From: Squalus acanthias
Taxonomy: Eukaryota
NCBI GenBank assembly: GCA_030390025.1
Contig: CM059432.1
Location: 620,001 to 684,000 of the forward strand
Direction of reading: 5' to 3'
DNA length: 64,000 nt
Shown: positions 37,292 through 50,117 of the stretch, piece after piece
Position numbering within the stretch: position 1 is the stretch's first letter
Layout: every line of letters begins with the position of its first letter
The notes under the pieces: generated by a model
The model's database searches: none
What the model saw: the letters and a program-made list of their open reading frames with translations, nothing else
Told to the model about the DNA's origin: nothing
Made by a program: the position numbers and the translations under genes

Positions 37292-39049
37292 GCTCTGTTA
37301 CCTACAAAACACAATTATTACAGTCACTGTTAAATTCAGTCTTACAATCATTTCAAGCAACATTACAATTTAACATCTAATCAACAAATCATGGACTTAA
37401 AAGATTCTCCAGATCGCTCTTTTTTTTTACTCGTATCCATATTGTGGATAATTCTTACTAAACATGATTTCTCCTTAGCCCTCAATTGTCCCAATCCAGA
37501 TTCCAGGTAACTCTCCACTTCAACTTCAATTTCCAATCCCTCTAACAGGTACCAGTGTGTTTAACTCTATTCTGTTTCATTAATTAGATAGTTTCTCGAT
37601 GGAGTATGTGTCAATGCTTTAAAAGTTGTCTCGCTCTCCTGAACCATATTACCCATTTCATGTCTTGCTGTTGTCAAGTAACTGAGCTTGTTTGAGACCC
37701 GTTCTTCAGTGCAGATTCACCATACATTTCCAGATGGTAATTGCTTCATACGTAACAAATCACATTTGCACACATCTCAATATCATGCCACATGTGCCTT
37801 TCTCGGGCTTTCAGGTATCTTATCAAAAGATTGTCTTTGTTCATCTTCCTCTGCATGGTTCCGATGCCTTGGATAGTGGCCAGGCTATCAAATTCAGTTT
37901 TCTTAAAAGTTCATTATAGGCAGGGACACAAATGTCTCCAAGAGAAAGCTATCAATTTATTATTCTTAGCTACACTTTCCTGACTTTCACCAGAAAGTTT
38001 TTAAAAATTCCCATTCAGCAGTGTAATTCTCCTGTTTCAATCTTACACCTTCAATCACTCCCCTTTAATTACTATTCATATCTCATTCATGAGCCCTGGA
38101 GAAACTTTACTGTCCAGTACAATATTTAAGATTGAAAACATAGATCAAACATTCTCACTAGGTCCAAGTTATTAACACTTTTTTTATTTATCATTATTTT
38201 AGAGGATCTTTTATTTTTCCAAAAGTAACCCAATATATAGTGCCTGAGTCCATTTTGTCATTTCAACATTATCCCAAAATCCAAACAGCAGTATTATTGA
38301 ACTGACAGGTTTTGTCAATGTTCAATTTCATTTCTATCAATTTATCTTATCAATTCCAATTTCAGAAACAAATGATTTCCAGGCTAGGTGGCTTACACAG
38401 TGTTTTAACATTAGAGACAGAAGTGCTGCAATTAGTTTACAAGGTAACTTCCATATAACAAAAGAAAGAAGAGAATCCATTGTGACTCTGCTTAGAGCCC
38501 AAGGGGTTAATTTATCAAATCATAATTTTCCTTCTGGGAAATGTTAAATTAAAATTAAGAAACTTAAATTTAAGAATGTCCAATATCTTTAAATGTCATA
38601 CTAAAGTTGTTGCTCGGTGAACTTAAACAGCTGTCAGTGGAAAGGGTTAACTCCTTTGCAGGTCTTTAAGAAGGTGGAGCGAAACATTGTCAGGCGCACG
38701 TAATTGCGTCACTTTACGTAAATTAAAAACATTTTTCCCGATCGAAAAAGACAGTTGTGTTTTCATACTTTAACTGAACATGAACAGAACAGATAAAACA
38801 AAACAAACTAGTACATGCTTGTAGAAAACCATAAATCACATCATATTTCTTATAACTGGAGAAAAATTAGTTTTTCACACTTAAGCAAATCAAATCAAAC
38901 TGCTTTGGAAGATTTCACCATAGCAACTGCGACTCCAAGGTTAAATCTTAGACCGAAACTTAATCTTTTGTTAAACAAACTTTTTGTTTTTCTTCTCAGT
39001 TTTTACACACCAGCTTAACTTAAATTGTAGTTCAAAGTTTTTTTTTCAA

Positions 39050-39520
39050 TTCTTGGGGCACAATCTATTGCAGCCACACATCGTGGCATTGCCTTCGCTA
39101 CTGGATCCCTCTTTAACTAACCGTTGAATCGGCTCTGCTTTCCCTGCAAAGTCTGATATAAAATTCCTGCAGTAGTTAAATTGTAGTCCCAACACTTTCC
39201 TCACTCCCCGGATGGTCACTGGCCTTGGCATGTCTTTTATGGCTGCCTTTGTTTCTGCAGGAGTGCCTTATACCCCTGGTTAATTTCATGTCCTAGATAC
39301 TTTACTTTGGACAGTCCAACCTGTACCTTTTTTTGGGGTTCAATTTAAAGCCAGCTTTCCTTTGGCATCCTCTGATGCAATCATTATGTCATCGACATAT
39401 TGGAGTAGGGCACTCTGATACTTTGATAGGTCTAACTCGTCTAAGGCTTGACTCAGTACATGGTGGAATATATTTGAATTATTGTGGAACCCCTGCGGGA
39501 CCCTGATCCATGTATCCTGT
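39050..39520 (-). pseudogene. pol: Retroviral reverse transcriptase remnant
   Basis: TWIRVPQGFHN, LLQYVDDIMIAS, KKVQVGLSKVKYLGHEI, PRPVTIRGVRKVLGL(Q)FNYCRNFISDFAGKAEPI; deletions and frameshifts. Confidence 0.85.
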
Positions 39521-39544
39521 CTATCCCTGACATTGGAGTAGGGC

Positions 39545-39562
39545 ATCTCGGTGGAACCTCCA
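39545..39562 (-). promoter_or_regulatory. Primer-binding site, tRNA-Gln
   Basis: TGGAGGTTCCACCGAGAT, complementary to the 3' 18 nt of vertebrate tRNA-Gln(CTG). Confidence 0.9.
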
Positions 39563-39570
39563 AGAAATAC

Positions 39571-40107
39571 TGTCGAAGTTTCGACTTCCGAGTAAGACTC
39601 TCTAAACATAAAGTATCGTCAAAGACAGGCTTTATTATTTACTTGCAGCAAGGAGAATGCATGCAGTCAACGGCTACTTGACATTCTGAAGAATCACAGA
39701 AAATGGAACATCTTTATACACTGAAAATACAAGCTTTCTATATCATATGACATGTTTTAAAAGTAAGCTAAGTTAAAAGTTAAAAAAATAGAAATGCCTT
39801 ACGATGAGACTAGCTAATCTCTACAGTCATGGAGTCTGTCTGTCTGTTCTTCTTCTCCCACCAAGGCCAAGGTATCTGGATGTTTACTTCACTAGTCCTT
39901 GGTTATCTCAAGTTGATTAGAAGAAACCTTTTTGTTCTGTACCAGCAGACTATGAAAACAACATAGTCTGCAAAGTTTAAATTCATCTCCATGAGAAGTC
40001 ATAAACAACTTTATCTTTTCCCAAACAAGTCAGAGTCGGCCATTTTGTATCACTCTTTCTGTGTCTAGGAAGCCATTTTGTGTCCGAGACAAAAATACAC
40101 TTCCACA
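39571..40107 (-). repeat. 5' LTR (537 bp)
   Basis: TGTGGAAGT...ACTTCGACA termini; TATAAA and AATAAA present. Confidence 0.95.
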
Positions 40108-40249
40108 GACTTCAGCACAAAAATCTGGCCTGACACTCCCAGTGGCAGTACTGAGGGAGCGCTGCACTGTCGGAGGTGCCGTCTTTCAGATGAGATGTTA
40201 AACCGAGGCCCCGTCTGCTCTCTCTGGTAGATGTAAAAGAAATGAAAGA

Positions 40250-40705
40250 TTGACTTGCATTTATATAGCGCCTTTCACAACCACCAGACTTCCAAAGCGT
40301 TTCACAGTCAATGAAGTACTTTTTGCAATGTAGTCACAGTTGTAATGTAGGAAACGCAGCAGCCAATTTGCGCACAGCAAGCTCCCACAAACAGCAATGT
40401 GATAATGACCAGATAATCAGTTTTAATGATGTTGATTGAGGGATAAATATTGGTCAGGACACCGGGGATAATTCCCCTGCTGTTCTTCAAAATAGTGCCT
40501 TAGGAACTTTTGCGTCCACCTGAGAGATCAGATGGGGCCTCGGTTTAACGTCTCATCCGAACGACGGCACCTCCAACAGTGCAGCACTCCCTCAGTACTG
40601 TACTGGAGTATCAGCCTAGATTATGTTCTCAAGTCTCTGGGTTGGGACTGTGAACCCACAACCTTCTGACTCAGAGGCGAGAGTGCTACCAACTGAGCCA
40701 CAAGA
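40250..40705 (-). mobile_element. Full-length Deu-domain tRNA SINE (SacSINE1-like)
   Basis: tRNA head TGGCTCAGTTGG...GGTTCACAGTCC plus Deu core. Confidence 0.75.
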
Positions 40706-42117
40706 GGAAACATGGCCTGTACAAATCCTGCAGGGAGAAAGAAATGCCTTTCCAAACAAAGATACCCCAAGTAAAATCAATGACTGTGATATACATGAGA
40801 TGCAAGTCCTAGAAACGTTAAATGGGCTCAAAACAAATTGCAGGGATAGATGGTATTTATCCCAGAGTCATGAGAGAGACTAGGGAGGCGATTTGTGAGA
40901 CACAGACAATCGTTATAAGGGAGTCAGTGGGCACTGTGGAGGTACCTGTAGATTGGAAACAGGCTAATGTAGTGCCCATACTAGACACAGGTACCTACAA
41001 AGCCGTTAATCTTACTTTCATTGCATGTAAAATAAATGAACGGAGATACAACCAGAACCATGGGACTACTACAGCCATCATAGAAACATAGAAACATAGA
41101 AACTAGGAGCAGGAGTAGGCCATTCGGCCCGTCGAGCCTGCTCCACCATTCAATACGATCATGGCTGATCATCCAAATCCAGTACCCTGTCCCTGCTTTC
41201 TCACACAGAATCCCCATCGAGCCTGCACCGACACATATCCCACCCTATCCCCGTAACCCCACGTATTTAATTCCCCCTAACATATCCCATCCTATCCCTG
41301 TAACCCCACATATTTAATCCCCCCCTAACACTAAGGGTCAATTTATCATAGCCAAATCAACCTAACCTAATCATAGAGCATGCCATTGGATTTTTCAAAT
41401 GCTTTCACTGCCCAGATAGGTTGGATGGGGGATATTCTGGAGTAAAGCCCACAGAAAGTATCCCGGGTTGTGGTTGTCTGCTGCATTCTGCACAAGTTTA
41501 ATGTGCCACAGGGTCAGCGCATGGATCCTGCTCAGCAAGAAGACTTTCTATAATCTGATGAGGAAGACCCCAGCGGCGGAAAGAATGGGACATAAACAGG
41601 AGGGCAACAGCCGGCAGCCAGAACTCCTCGCCAGCAGTTCAGCCCACCTCTCACCGCCACTTTACCAGTCCTCAGTACCATCTTTACCAGTCCTCCTACC
41701 CTGCAATAAAGAAATTCCATCCTCTGACCAACTTTCATGTACATGGCACCTGACATTGGAAGTTCAGAAACTAATATGGAACCACACTCCAGACAAAGTT
41801 ACAAAATCAAACTCTAAGATGTTTTTAATGGCTCACACATGTGCCTTTATTTCATTATTTCACCCATGTGTTACCCTATAGTGCTTTTCTTAAGTGACTT
41901 CTTGCTTATTCCATCACTTCAATGAGGTGCTCCCCCAGTGGCTTCCGCATGGATGGCGGAAGACTGCGTATTCAGATGAGGGTCCGTGAGAGGCTCAGTG
42001 TTTGGTGGAGAGGCTTGTGGAGTAGGGAAGGGAGGTGTTTGGAGTGCTGCGGAGCAGAGGGGACAGGGGGTGCTGTGGCCAGGTATAATACAGGGAAATA
42101 CAGATCGGAAAACATCC

Positions 42118-42343
42118 TTGTTGCCCAGGTTAGTTTGTTGATGTGCGTGTGGCACTGATTCCGTGTCCTGGGGGTGATGTTTCAGACATTGACATTGTCT
42201 GCCACTTTCCTCCAGACCTGCAGTATCATCTGTTTGGCCTTCCTGCCCACAGAGGGTAAGAGGATCTGCCTTGCGTGCCCTCACCTGCTTCGCAAGCACC
42301 TCCACCACTGTGTCGAGAATCGAGATGCTCTTGCCTGTGACAT
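42118..42343 (-). pseudogene. Harbinger Myb/SANT-like DNA-binding protein remnant
   Basis: Across two frameshifts reads MSQARASRFS/DTVVEVLAKQVRARK/QILLPSVGRK...WRKVADNVNV*NITPRTRNQCHTHINKL. Confidence 0.6.
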
Positions 42344-42959
42344 GTTGCTGTCCAGAAACTTCCCAGTACCAGCACAGAGTTGAATGGCACCTCACTTTAA
42401 GAGATGCATTCACTCTTTAAATGGGAGCTGGGCCCTGCCAAAAATCACACCCTCCACTGCTGCCTGTCACCGCTGGAAATGGATGGGCCGCCCACCTACT
42501 GGAATGTAAATGAAGCCTGACCATAAAAACGGTGTAGGCCTCAAACCGACAACATCGGGAGGGCAGCCCAATCGCCTTGCCCATTGCCTGCCTGTAGTAA
42601 TAATTAGCCCTGTGGATTCAGAAACTCAATGTAAAGCGGTCAAATTTGAGAGATGATACCAATCTAGGAGGGCCAGTGGAATCACAAGAGGCTGCTCAGA
42701 AATTTCGCGTTGAGTTGGACAAAATATGTCAGTGGGCAGAAGAATGGCCATTGAAATTTAGTGCAGGCAAAGTGTAAAGTGCAACTCACAGGAAGGAAAG
42801 ACAAATGACACATCTTGAACAGTGTTGAAATAGCTGATGAAGCTGAAAGAGACCTTGGAATTTTAGTATACTCAACACTAAACACGTCCAACCAATGCAA
42901 AGTAGCAATAGTCAAAGACAATAGAATGTTGAACTATAGAGCCAAAACATAGAGTCATA

Positions 42960-43852
42960 GGGGGAAAAATTCAGTTGATTGCGCCTCCCGTTAGCGCCTT
43001 AAGAGGGCGCTAATGGGGCGCAAAGCATCTAGCGCCCAGGCGCGGCGAAGTTTGCGCCGCTCGCGAAATTAACTAGACATTTTGCGTCGGCGCTAAACAC
43101 TACCGCCACGATCTCCTGCGCCAGCAGATCGTGACGTCAGTCGAGTGCGCAACGCCCCGGTATCGCCCCGGAGCGGATATTGAGTGGCGCCCCCTGCCTT
43201 ACCGCCTGACGCTAGCAACGACAGGTTGAGGGGAGTGTTCTGCAGTCATGAAGGGAAAGGGGGAGCACTATTTAAAGGTGACCGCTTCCTGCCTTTTATT
43301 GTTGGTGCCATTTTTGAACTACGCATTCTGAGAGAGAGAGGGAGAGACTTCTGGAGAGATTCAACGTTGTGTGAAGGAGTTTTGGGTTCTGAGCAGCACT
43401 TTGCAGGTTCATTTTGATTTGCCATTCCTTGTATCGATTTAGAAGAGTCTGTGGGGGCTGCACTCTGAGCTCTTTGCCTGGTACTCTCCATTGTTCTTTC
43501 CAGCAGATTTGATGTACAGGTCACTCCAGGCCGAGATTCAAGGCTGCAATGAGCAGGATGTGGATGGAAAGCAAGATTAACCATCCCATTTAAGAACTGG
43601 CCCGTGTCATTGTGTGTGTGTTCCATTGCTGACTGACATTACATGAGCTTCGCCAGCGCTCTGGGGTAGCGCCTCGCTCCTCGGCCTTTGTGCCTTAAGA
43701 CAGGTGTGAAGCGCCTGATTTAGCGCTCCAATCATCTCCAGTGGCGATAAAAGTCAAGTTTGCAGTCGGTGGCGATAATTAGCGACATGCGCTAATCTTT
43801 GCGCCCGGCCGATAATTGCGCCCCAAATGGGGCGATACTGAATTTCTCCCCC
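42960..43852 (+). mobile_element. PIF/Harbinger-type MITE, copy 3, inserted in a CR1 tail
   Basis: Same TIR and internal sequence; target duplication ATA. Confidence 0.85.
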
Positions 43853-43855
43853 ATA

Positions 43856-46830
43856 GAGTTATACAGCACAGAAAGAGGCCCTTCGGCCCATCGTGTCTGC
43901 GCCGGCCATCAAGCCCTGTCTATTCTAATCCCATTTTCCAGCACTTGGTCCGTAGCCTTGTATGCTATGGCGTTTCAAGTGCTCATCTAAATGCTTCTTG
44001 AATGTTGTGAGGGTTCCTGCCTCTACCACCCTTTCAGGCAGTGAGTTCCAGATTCCAACCACCCTCTGGGTGAAAAAGTTTTTCCTCAAATCCCCTCTAA
44101 ACCTCCTGCCCCTTACCTTGAAACTATGCCCCCTGGTTATTGACTCCTCTACTAAGGGGAAAAGTTCCTTTCTATCTACCCTATCTATGCCCCTCATAAT
44201 TTTGTACACCTCAATCAGGTCCCCCCTCAGCCTTCTCTGCTCTAAGGAAAACAACCCCAGCCTGTCCAGTCTCTCTTCATAGCTGAAGCGCTGCAGCCCA
44301 GGTAACATCCTGGTGAATCTCCTCTGCACCCTCTCCGATGCAATCACATCCTTTCTATAGTGTGGTGACCAGAACTGCACACAGTATTCCAGCTGTGGCC
44401 TAACTAGCGTTTTGTACAGCTCCATCATAACCTCCCTGCTCTTATATTCTATGCCTCGGCTAATGAAGGCAAGTATCCCATATGCCTTTTTAACCACCTT
44501 ATCTACCTGTCCTGCTGCCTTCAGGGATCTATGTACATGCACACCAAGGTCCCTCTGATCCTCCGCCCTTCCTAGGGTCCTACCATTCATTGTGTATTCC
44601 CTTGCCTTGTTAGTCCTCCCAAAATGCATCACCTCACACTTTTCAGGGTTAAATTCCATTTGCCACTGTTCTGCCCATCTGACCAACCTGTCTATATCGT
44701 CCTGTAGCCTGAGGCTTCCCTCCTCGCTATTTACCACCCCACCAATTTTCGTGTCATCTGCAAACTTACTGATCATACCTCCTACATTCATATCTGTATC
44801 ATTAATGTACACTACAAACAGCAAAGGACCCAGCACCGATCCCTGCGGTACACCACTGGACATAGGCTTCCAGTCACAAAAACAACCTTCGACCATCACC
44901 CTCTGCCTCCTGCCAGTAAGCCAATTTTGGATCCAATGTGTCAAGTTGCCCTGGATCCCATGGGCTCTTACCTTCTTGACCAGTCTCCCATGTGGGACTT
45001 TGTCAAAAGCCTTACTGAAGTCCATGTAGACCACATCAACTGCACTACCCTCATCCACACACCTAGTCACCCCCTCGAAAAATTCAATCAAATTGGTCAG
45101 ACATGATCTCCCCCTGACAAAGCCATGCTGACTATCCTTGATTAATCCTTGCCTCTCCAAGTGGAGACTAATTCTGTCCCTCAGAATTTTTTCCAATAAT
45201 TTCCCTACCACTGATGTTAGGCTCACTGGCCTATAATTTCCTGGTTTATCCCTACTACCCTTCTTGAATAATGGTACTACATTAGCTGTTCTCCAGTCCT
45301 CTGGCACCTCCCCTGTGGCCAGAGATGTTCTGAAAATTTGTGTCAGAGCCCCTGCAATCTCCTCCCTTGCCTCACACAGCAGCCTGGGATACATCTCGTC
45401 TGGGCCTGGGGATTTATCCGCTTTTAAGCCCGCTAAAACCGCTAGTACCTCCTTCCTCTCAATACTAATTTGTTCAAGTATATCACAATCCCCCTGTCTG
45501 ATTTCTATGCCTACATCGTTCTTCTCCATAGTGAACACAGATGCAAAATATTCATTTAAAACCCCACCTACATCTTCTGGCTCTACACACAGATTGCCAC
45601 ATTGGTCCCTAATGGGCCCTACTCTTTCCCTGGTTATCCTCTAGCCCTTAATATACTTATAAAACACCTTGGGATTTTCCTTTATTTTGCCCGCCAGTGT
45701 TACTTCATGCCCCCTCTTCGCTCTCCTAATTTCTTTTTTAAGTACCCCCCTGCACTTTCTATACTCCTCTAGGGCTTGCACTGTTTTTAGTCCTTTGTAT
45801 CTGCCAAAAGCCTCCCTTTTTTTCCTAATCCATTCTCGTATATCCCTTGACATCCAGGGTTCCCTGGGCTTGTTGGTCCCACCCTTGACCTTTACGGGAA
45901 CATGTTGCCGTTGTACTCTCTCTATTTCCTTTCTGAAAGACTCCCACTACCGTGATGTGGATTTTCCTACAAGTAGCTGATCCCAGTCCACTTTGGCCAG
46001 ATCCTGCCTTATCACATTAAAATTGGCCTTCCCCCAATTTAGAAACTTTATTTCCGGTCCATCTTTGTCCTTTTCCATGACTAGGAATGACATATGAGGA
46101 GAGATTGGGTCGATTGGGCTTATACTCGCTGGAGTATAGAAGAATGAGAGGGGATCTCATCGAAACATATAAAATTCTGACAAGTCCTGGACAAACTAGA
46201 TGCAGGAAGAATGTTCCTGATGGTCGGAGAGTCCAGAACCAGGGGTCATAATCTAAGGATAACGGGTAAGCCATTTAGGACAGAAATGAGGAAGAATTTC
46301 TTCACCCAGAGAGTGGTGAACCTGTGGAATTCTCTACCACAGAAGGTAGTTGAGGCCAAGTCATTAAATATATTCAAGAATGAGTTAGATATATTTCTTA
46401 AAGCTAAAGGTATCAAGGGATATGGGGAGAAGGCAGGTACAGGGTACTGAGTTTGGATGATCAGCCATGATCTCATCGAATGGCGGAGCAGGCTCGAGGG
46501 GCCGAATGGCCTACTCCTGCTCCTATCTTCTATGTTTCTATGACTACCTTAAATCTCACCGAATTATGGTCAATGTCACCAAAATGCTCTCCGACTGACA
46601 CTTCTACCACTTGCCCTGCTACATTCCCTAGAATTAGGTCCAGTACCGCCCCCTCTCTTGTAGGACTTTCTACATGCTGGCTCAAAAAGCTCTCCTGGAT
46701 GCACTTTAAGAATTCTGCACCCTCTAAGCCTTTCACACTCTGACTATCCCAGTTAATATTGGGGAAGTTGAAATCCCCTACTATTATTACCCTATTTTTT
46801 CTACACTTCTCTGAGATTTGCCTACATATC
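43856..46830 (-). mobile_element. CR1 LINE ORF2 (open 537-aa RT at 43925-45538), interrupted by a plus-strand CR1 3' fragment at 46084-46539
   Basis: RT motifs NYRPVSL, DFSKAFD, PQGS, FADD; ATGACTA duplication around the nested copy. Confidence 0.9.
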
Positions 46831-46943
46831 TGTAAACAGTAAAATACAAGTCAGGGGAGGTAGTGATCTTGTCAGACCAGACTTTTAATACAGTCCCCAC
46901 TACTTAAACCGTCCATGTTTAAACAGGCAGTCACTTATACCGG

Positions 46944-48580
46944 TGTAAAATTCGCAATTATCGCGATTCGAAATAACAAGATAGAAGCAGATTCGTTTGA
47001 TCAGTTTATTTAAACGAAATGCTGTCATGATATAAAGGACACAGAAGCCTGTAAAATGGCCGCCGAGCATCGTGGCAGAAGCTTCCAGAATACAGTGGGC
47101 AGACAAGATGGCGTTCGAATAAACATTTCAGTATAAGATTGGTTAATACGCAGCAAACACTGATAAAGACAGGTTGCAACCTGTCTGCTTTCGACACAAT
47201 AGCAAAGATATAAGTGCTGGAATCATTTTCCATGCACAAGTAAGGACCATTGTAATGGGCAATCGAAGGCCCATCCAGATACATCAATACGCAAATTCCC
47301 CAGGGCTCTACAATGAGAGAGCCATTCTCGGGTACTTACACAAGTATTCGGAGGCCCCCAAAACCCCGCCAGGGAGGCTCCTAGCCGGTTCGACAATGGG
47401 AAAAACATTAACGGGTAGTTGGCCAGTTTAAGGTGCTACCGAAACCCATTACAAACAAGAATCACCCCATACTGGGAATTTTGAGCGCCAAGATTTTACA
47501 AAGGATGAACATTAAGATTTGGGAGGGAGATAAGGGAACACAGCACTATAACTATAGTGAATAAATGTCCATCGGTCTCTTGACTCTCTTATCTCGCTGC
47601 TGGCTGCTGAACTCTCTTATTCCTCTGATCCTCCCGGGGCTGATTCGTTTGAACTTTGGAACGAGTCACCTCGACGGAGGCCAGTGACCGGGTGCACCAT
47701 CCCGAGGGTCGGTAAACGGTGTTCTGGACCCGAAGGCCCGACGACACGAGATGAGAAGAGAAGAAGAAGAATCCACGTGCCGCCGCGGTCAGTAAACCCC
47801 GACCGCGCCCGTAAATATAAAGACCATTTTTGAACTCTATCAGGTTGCTGCCGAACCAGTGGAAGACTCTCTTTCGAATTCTATCGACAACCGGTGTCAA
47901 TACAGGAAGACTCTTCTTTGAATTTTACCGGCTAACTGGTGTCGGTCCAGAAAGACTTTTCTTTGAGTTCTACAGCCGGGCCCGAGCACTGTCGAGTTCT
48001 TCATGACAACGGGGAGCCCAGCCTGCTTGCAGCAGCAGAGAAGATAAACAAGTGGGGTACAGAGACCCCTTCCAACACGTGACAGTCAGGTGTTGCAGCA
48101 AAACAAGCCGAGTGCCTCGTTTAAAATTCTCCGAAGTATCACGAGTGGTGAGCATGTTTCCTCGATACTACAAATCTAGATTAGTGTAGGTATTAATAGG
48201 GGAGGGTGGTTTTATTAAGGATAAATATAATGTGTTCCCCTTTTTACGATGTGCCGTGCGATCCTCATTACCCTAGACCAAATTTTATGAATGTATGTAC
48301 ACTTGTACTGTCATTAATTTGTGCCTATGACATGTACTTCATGATTTTGGACGTTATGCAATAAAGATTTCCATTTTGTACTATTCAACCGGGTCTATTT
48401 GAGTTTTCTCTGCATTACTGCTCTCGCACCTAAGTGCAGTGTTAGAACCGTAAGGGCGAGTGGGTCGAACCACTCACAGGTGCTTATTGCAACAAGGCTG
48501 GCCGGAGACCAGAGCAAGCAATAGTATTAGGCAACGAAGGCCTAACCCCGCACAAGCACCCTGAACCGAAACCCCTTACA
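46944..48580 (+). mobile_element. Solo LTR, 1637 bp, copy B of the same family
   Basis: TGTAA...TTACA; target duplication CCGG (46940-46943 / 48581-48584); colinear with the reverse complement of copy A; AATAAA at 48360. Confidence 0.85.
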
Positions 48581-48704
48581 CCGGCCAAAAAAGTGATAAC
48601 CATGAACCATTTGCATTGACGTCAATTTCAAAGTTGACAGTTATAGCGTCTTAATTTGTATTTATTTTGGGCAGAAACGGCTTTGCTTACTCACTAGTTT
48701 GCAC

Positions 48705-48867
48705 CAATGTTCCCGCTAAGCTGCGCAGCCGTGCAGTGGTCTGGAGGTCCCGCGCAGGCCACTCACCGGCTTTTCAATGCAAGAACCCGTGCATGCATGA
48801 AAATTTGAATGGGGCGCTTAGCCTGTTAAAGGGACTGTGCACCAAAAAAAAATTACAGGGAACATTG
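48705..48867. mobile_element. hAT-type MITE, 163 bp
   Basis: TIR CAATGTTCCC / GGGAACATTG; perfect 8-bp target duplication GTTTGCAC. Confidence 0.85.
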
Positions 48868-49931
48868 GTTTGCACCTCATTAAGGTGCTCTGAATGCAAG
48901 AACAAATGTAAGTAAATAACACATCTTTAGGGTGCTCTGAATGTAATAAAAGAGTCTTATCGAGGCAGACTTTATTTTAATAATATATAACAACAACAAC
49001 TTGCATTTATAGAGTGCCTTTAATGTAGTAAAAAGTCCCTTGGCACTTCACAGGAGCATTATCAAACAAAACTTGACACTGAGCCACATAAGGAGATATT
49101 AGGGACAGGTGACCAAAAACTTGGTCGAAGAGGTAGGTTTTAAGGAGCGTCCTAAAGGAGGAGAGAGAGGCGTAGAGGTTTAGGGAGGGAATTCCAAAGC
49201 TTAAGACCCAGGCAGCTGAAGGCACGGTCACCAATGGTGGGACGAAGGAAATAGGGGATGCTCAAGAGGAACAATTGGATGCTACAGTGGGGGCAAGTTA
49301 GGATCTCTCTGAATGGAGAAATTAGGATGGATCGAATAGCCTTCCTCATCCATAATTATATAATGCTCTTGAGAACAGCCTGGGGTTTTCTTTGCTATTA
49401 TTGCCATTCTATGTATTTCTCTTAGCAGCTCCATTGTCATACTTACTGGGTTTCTCAGTAACTTCTTCTCATAAGAAGCAAAAGAGGTTGAGGGGAGATT
49501 TGATAGTAGTGTATAAGATTATGACGGGTTTGGATAAGGTAGACAGAGAAAGGCTGTTCCCATTAGCTGAAGGTACAAGGACTAGGGAACACATATTTAA
49601 AGTTTTGGGCAAGAGATACAGGGGGGATGTGAGGAAGAACTTTTTTGCGCAGCGAGTGGTAATGACCTGGAACTCGCTGCCGACGAGGGTGGTGGAAGCG
49701 GAGACGATCAATGATTTCAAAAGGAAATTGGATAGGCATTTGAGGGAAATAAACTTGCAGGGCTACGGGGATAGAATGGGGGTATGGGATTGGCTGGATT
49801 GCTCTACAGAGAGCCGGCATGGACTCGATGGGCCAAATGGCCTCCTTCTGTGCCATAATGACTCTAAGAAGATAAGAAATAGAAGCAGGAGTAGGCCATC
49901 GGCCCTTCGAACCTGCTCCACCATTCAATAA

Positions 49932-50117
49932 AAATGAGAAGTCGCACAACACCAGGTTATAGTCCAACAGTTTTATTTAAAATTACGAGCTTTCGGAGCA
50001 GAAGGAGCAGAGCTCCGAAAGCTCGTAATTTTAAATAAAGCTGTTGGACTATAACCTGGTGTTGTGCGACTTCTCATTTTTGTCCACCCCAGTCCAACAC
50101 CGGCATCTCCGCATCAT
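49932..50117. mobile_element. Penelope-type insertion forming a 70-bp hairpin
   Basis: Arms 49930-49999 / 50012-50081; 13-bp target duplication CACCATTCAATAA. Confidence 0.75.

Larger units (their letters stand above)
33299..40107 (-). mobile_element. Non-autonomous endogenous retrovirus (provirus)
   Basis: Two near-identical LTRs; GACT target duplication (33295-33298 / 40108-40111); PBS; PPT; RT, IN and env remnants; inserted into a SINE that resumes at 40112. Confidence 0.95.

Noticed and set aside
37300..39040. Further genes in the AT-rich provirus interior
   Set aside because: Partial manual translation gave no recognisable motif; left unassigned
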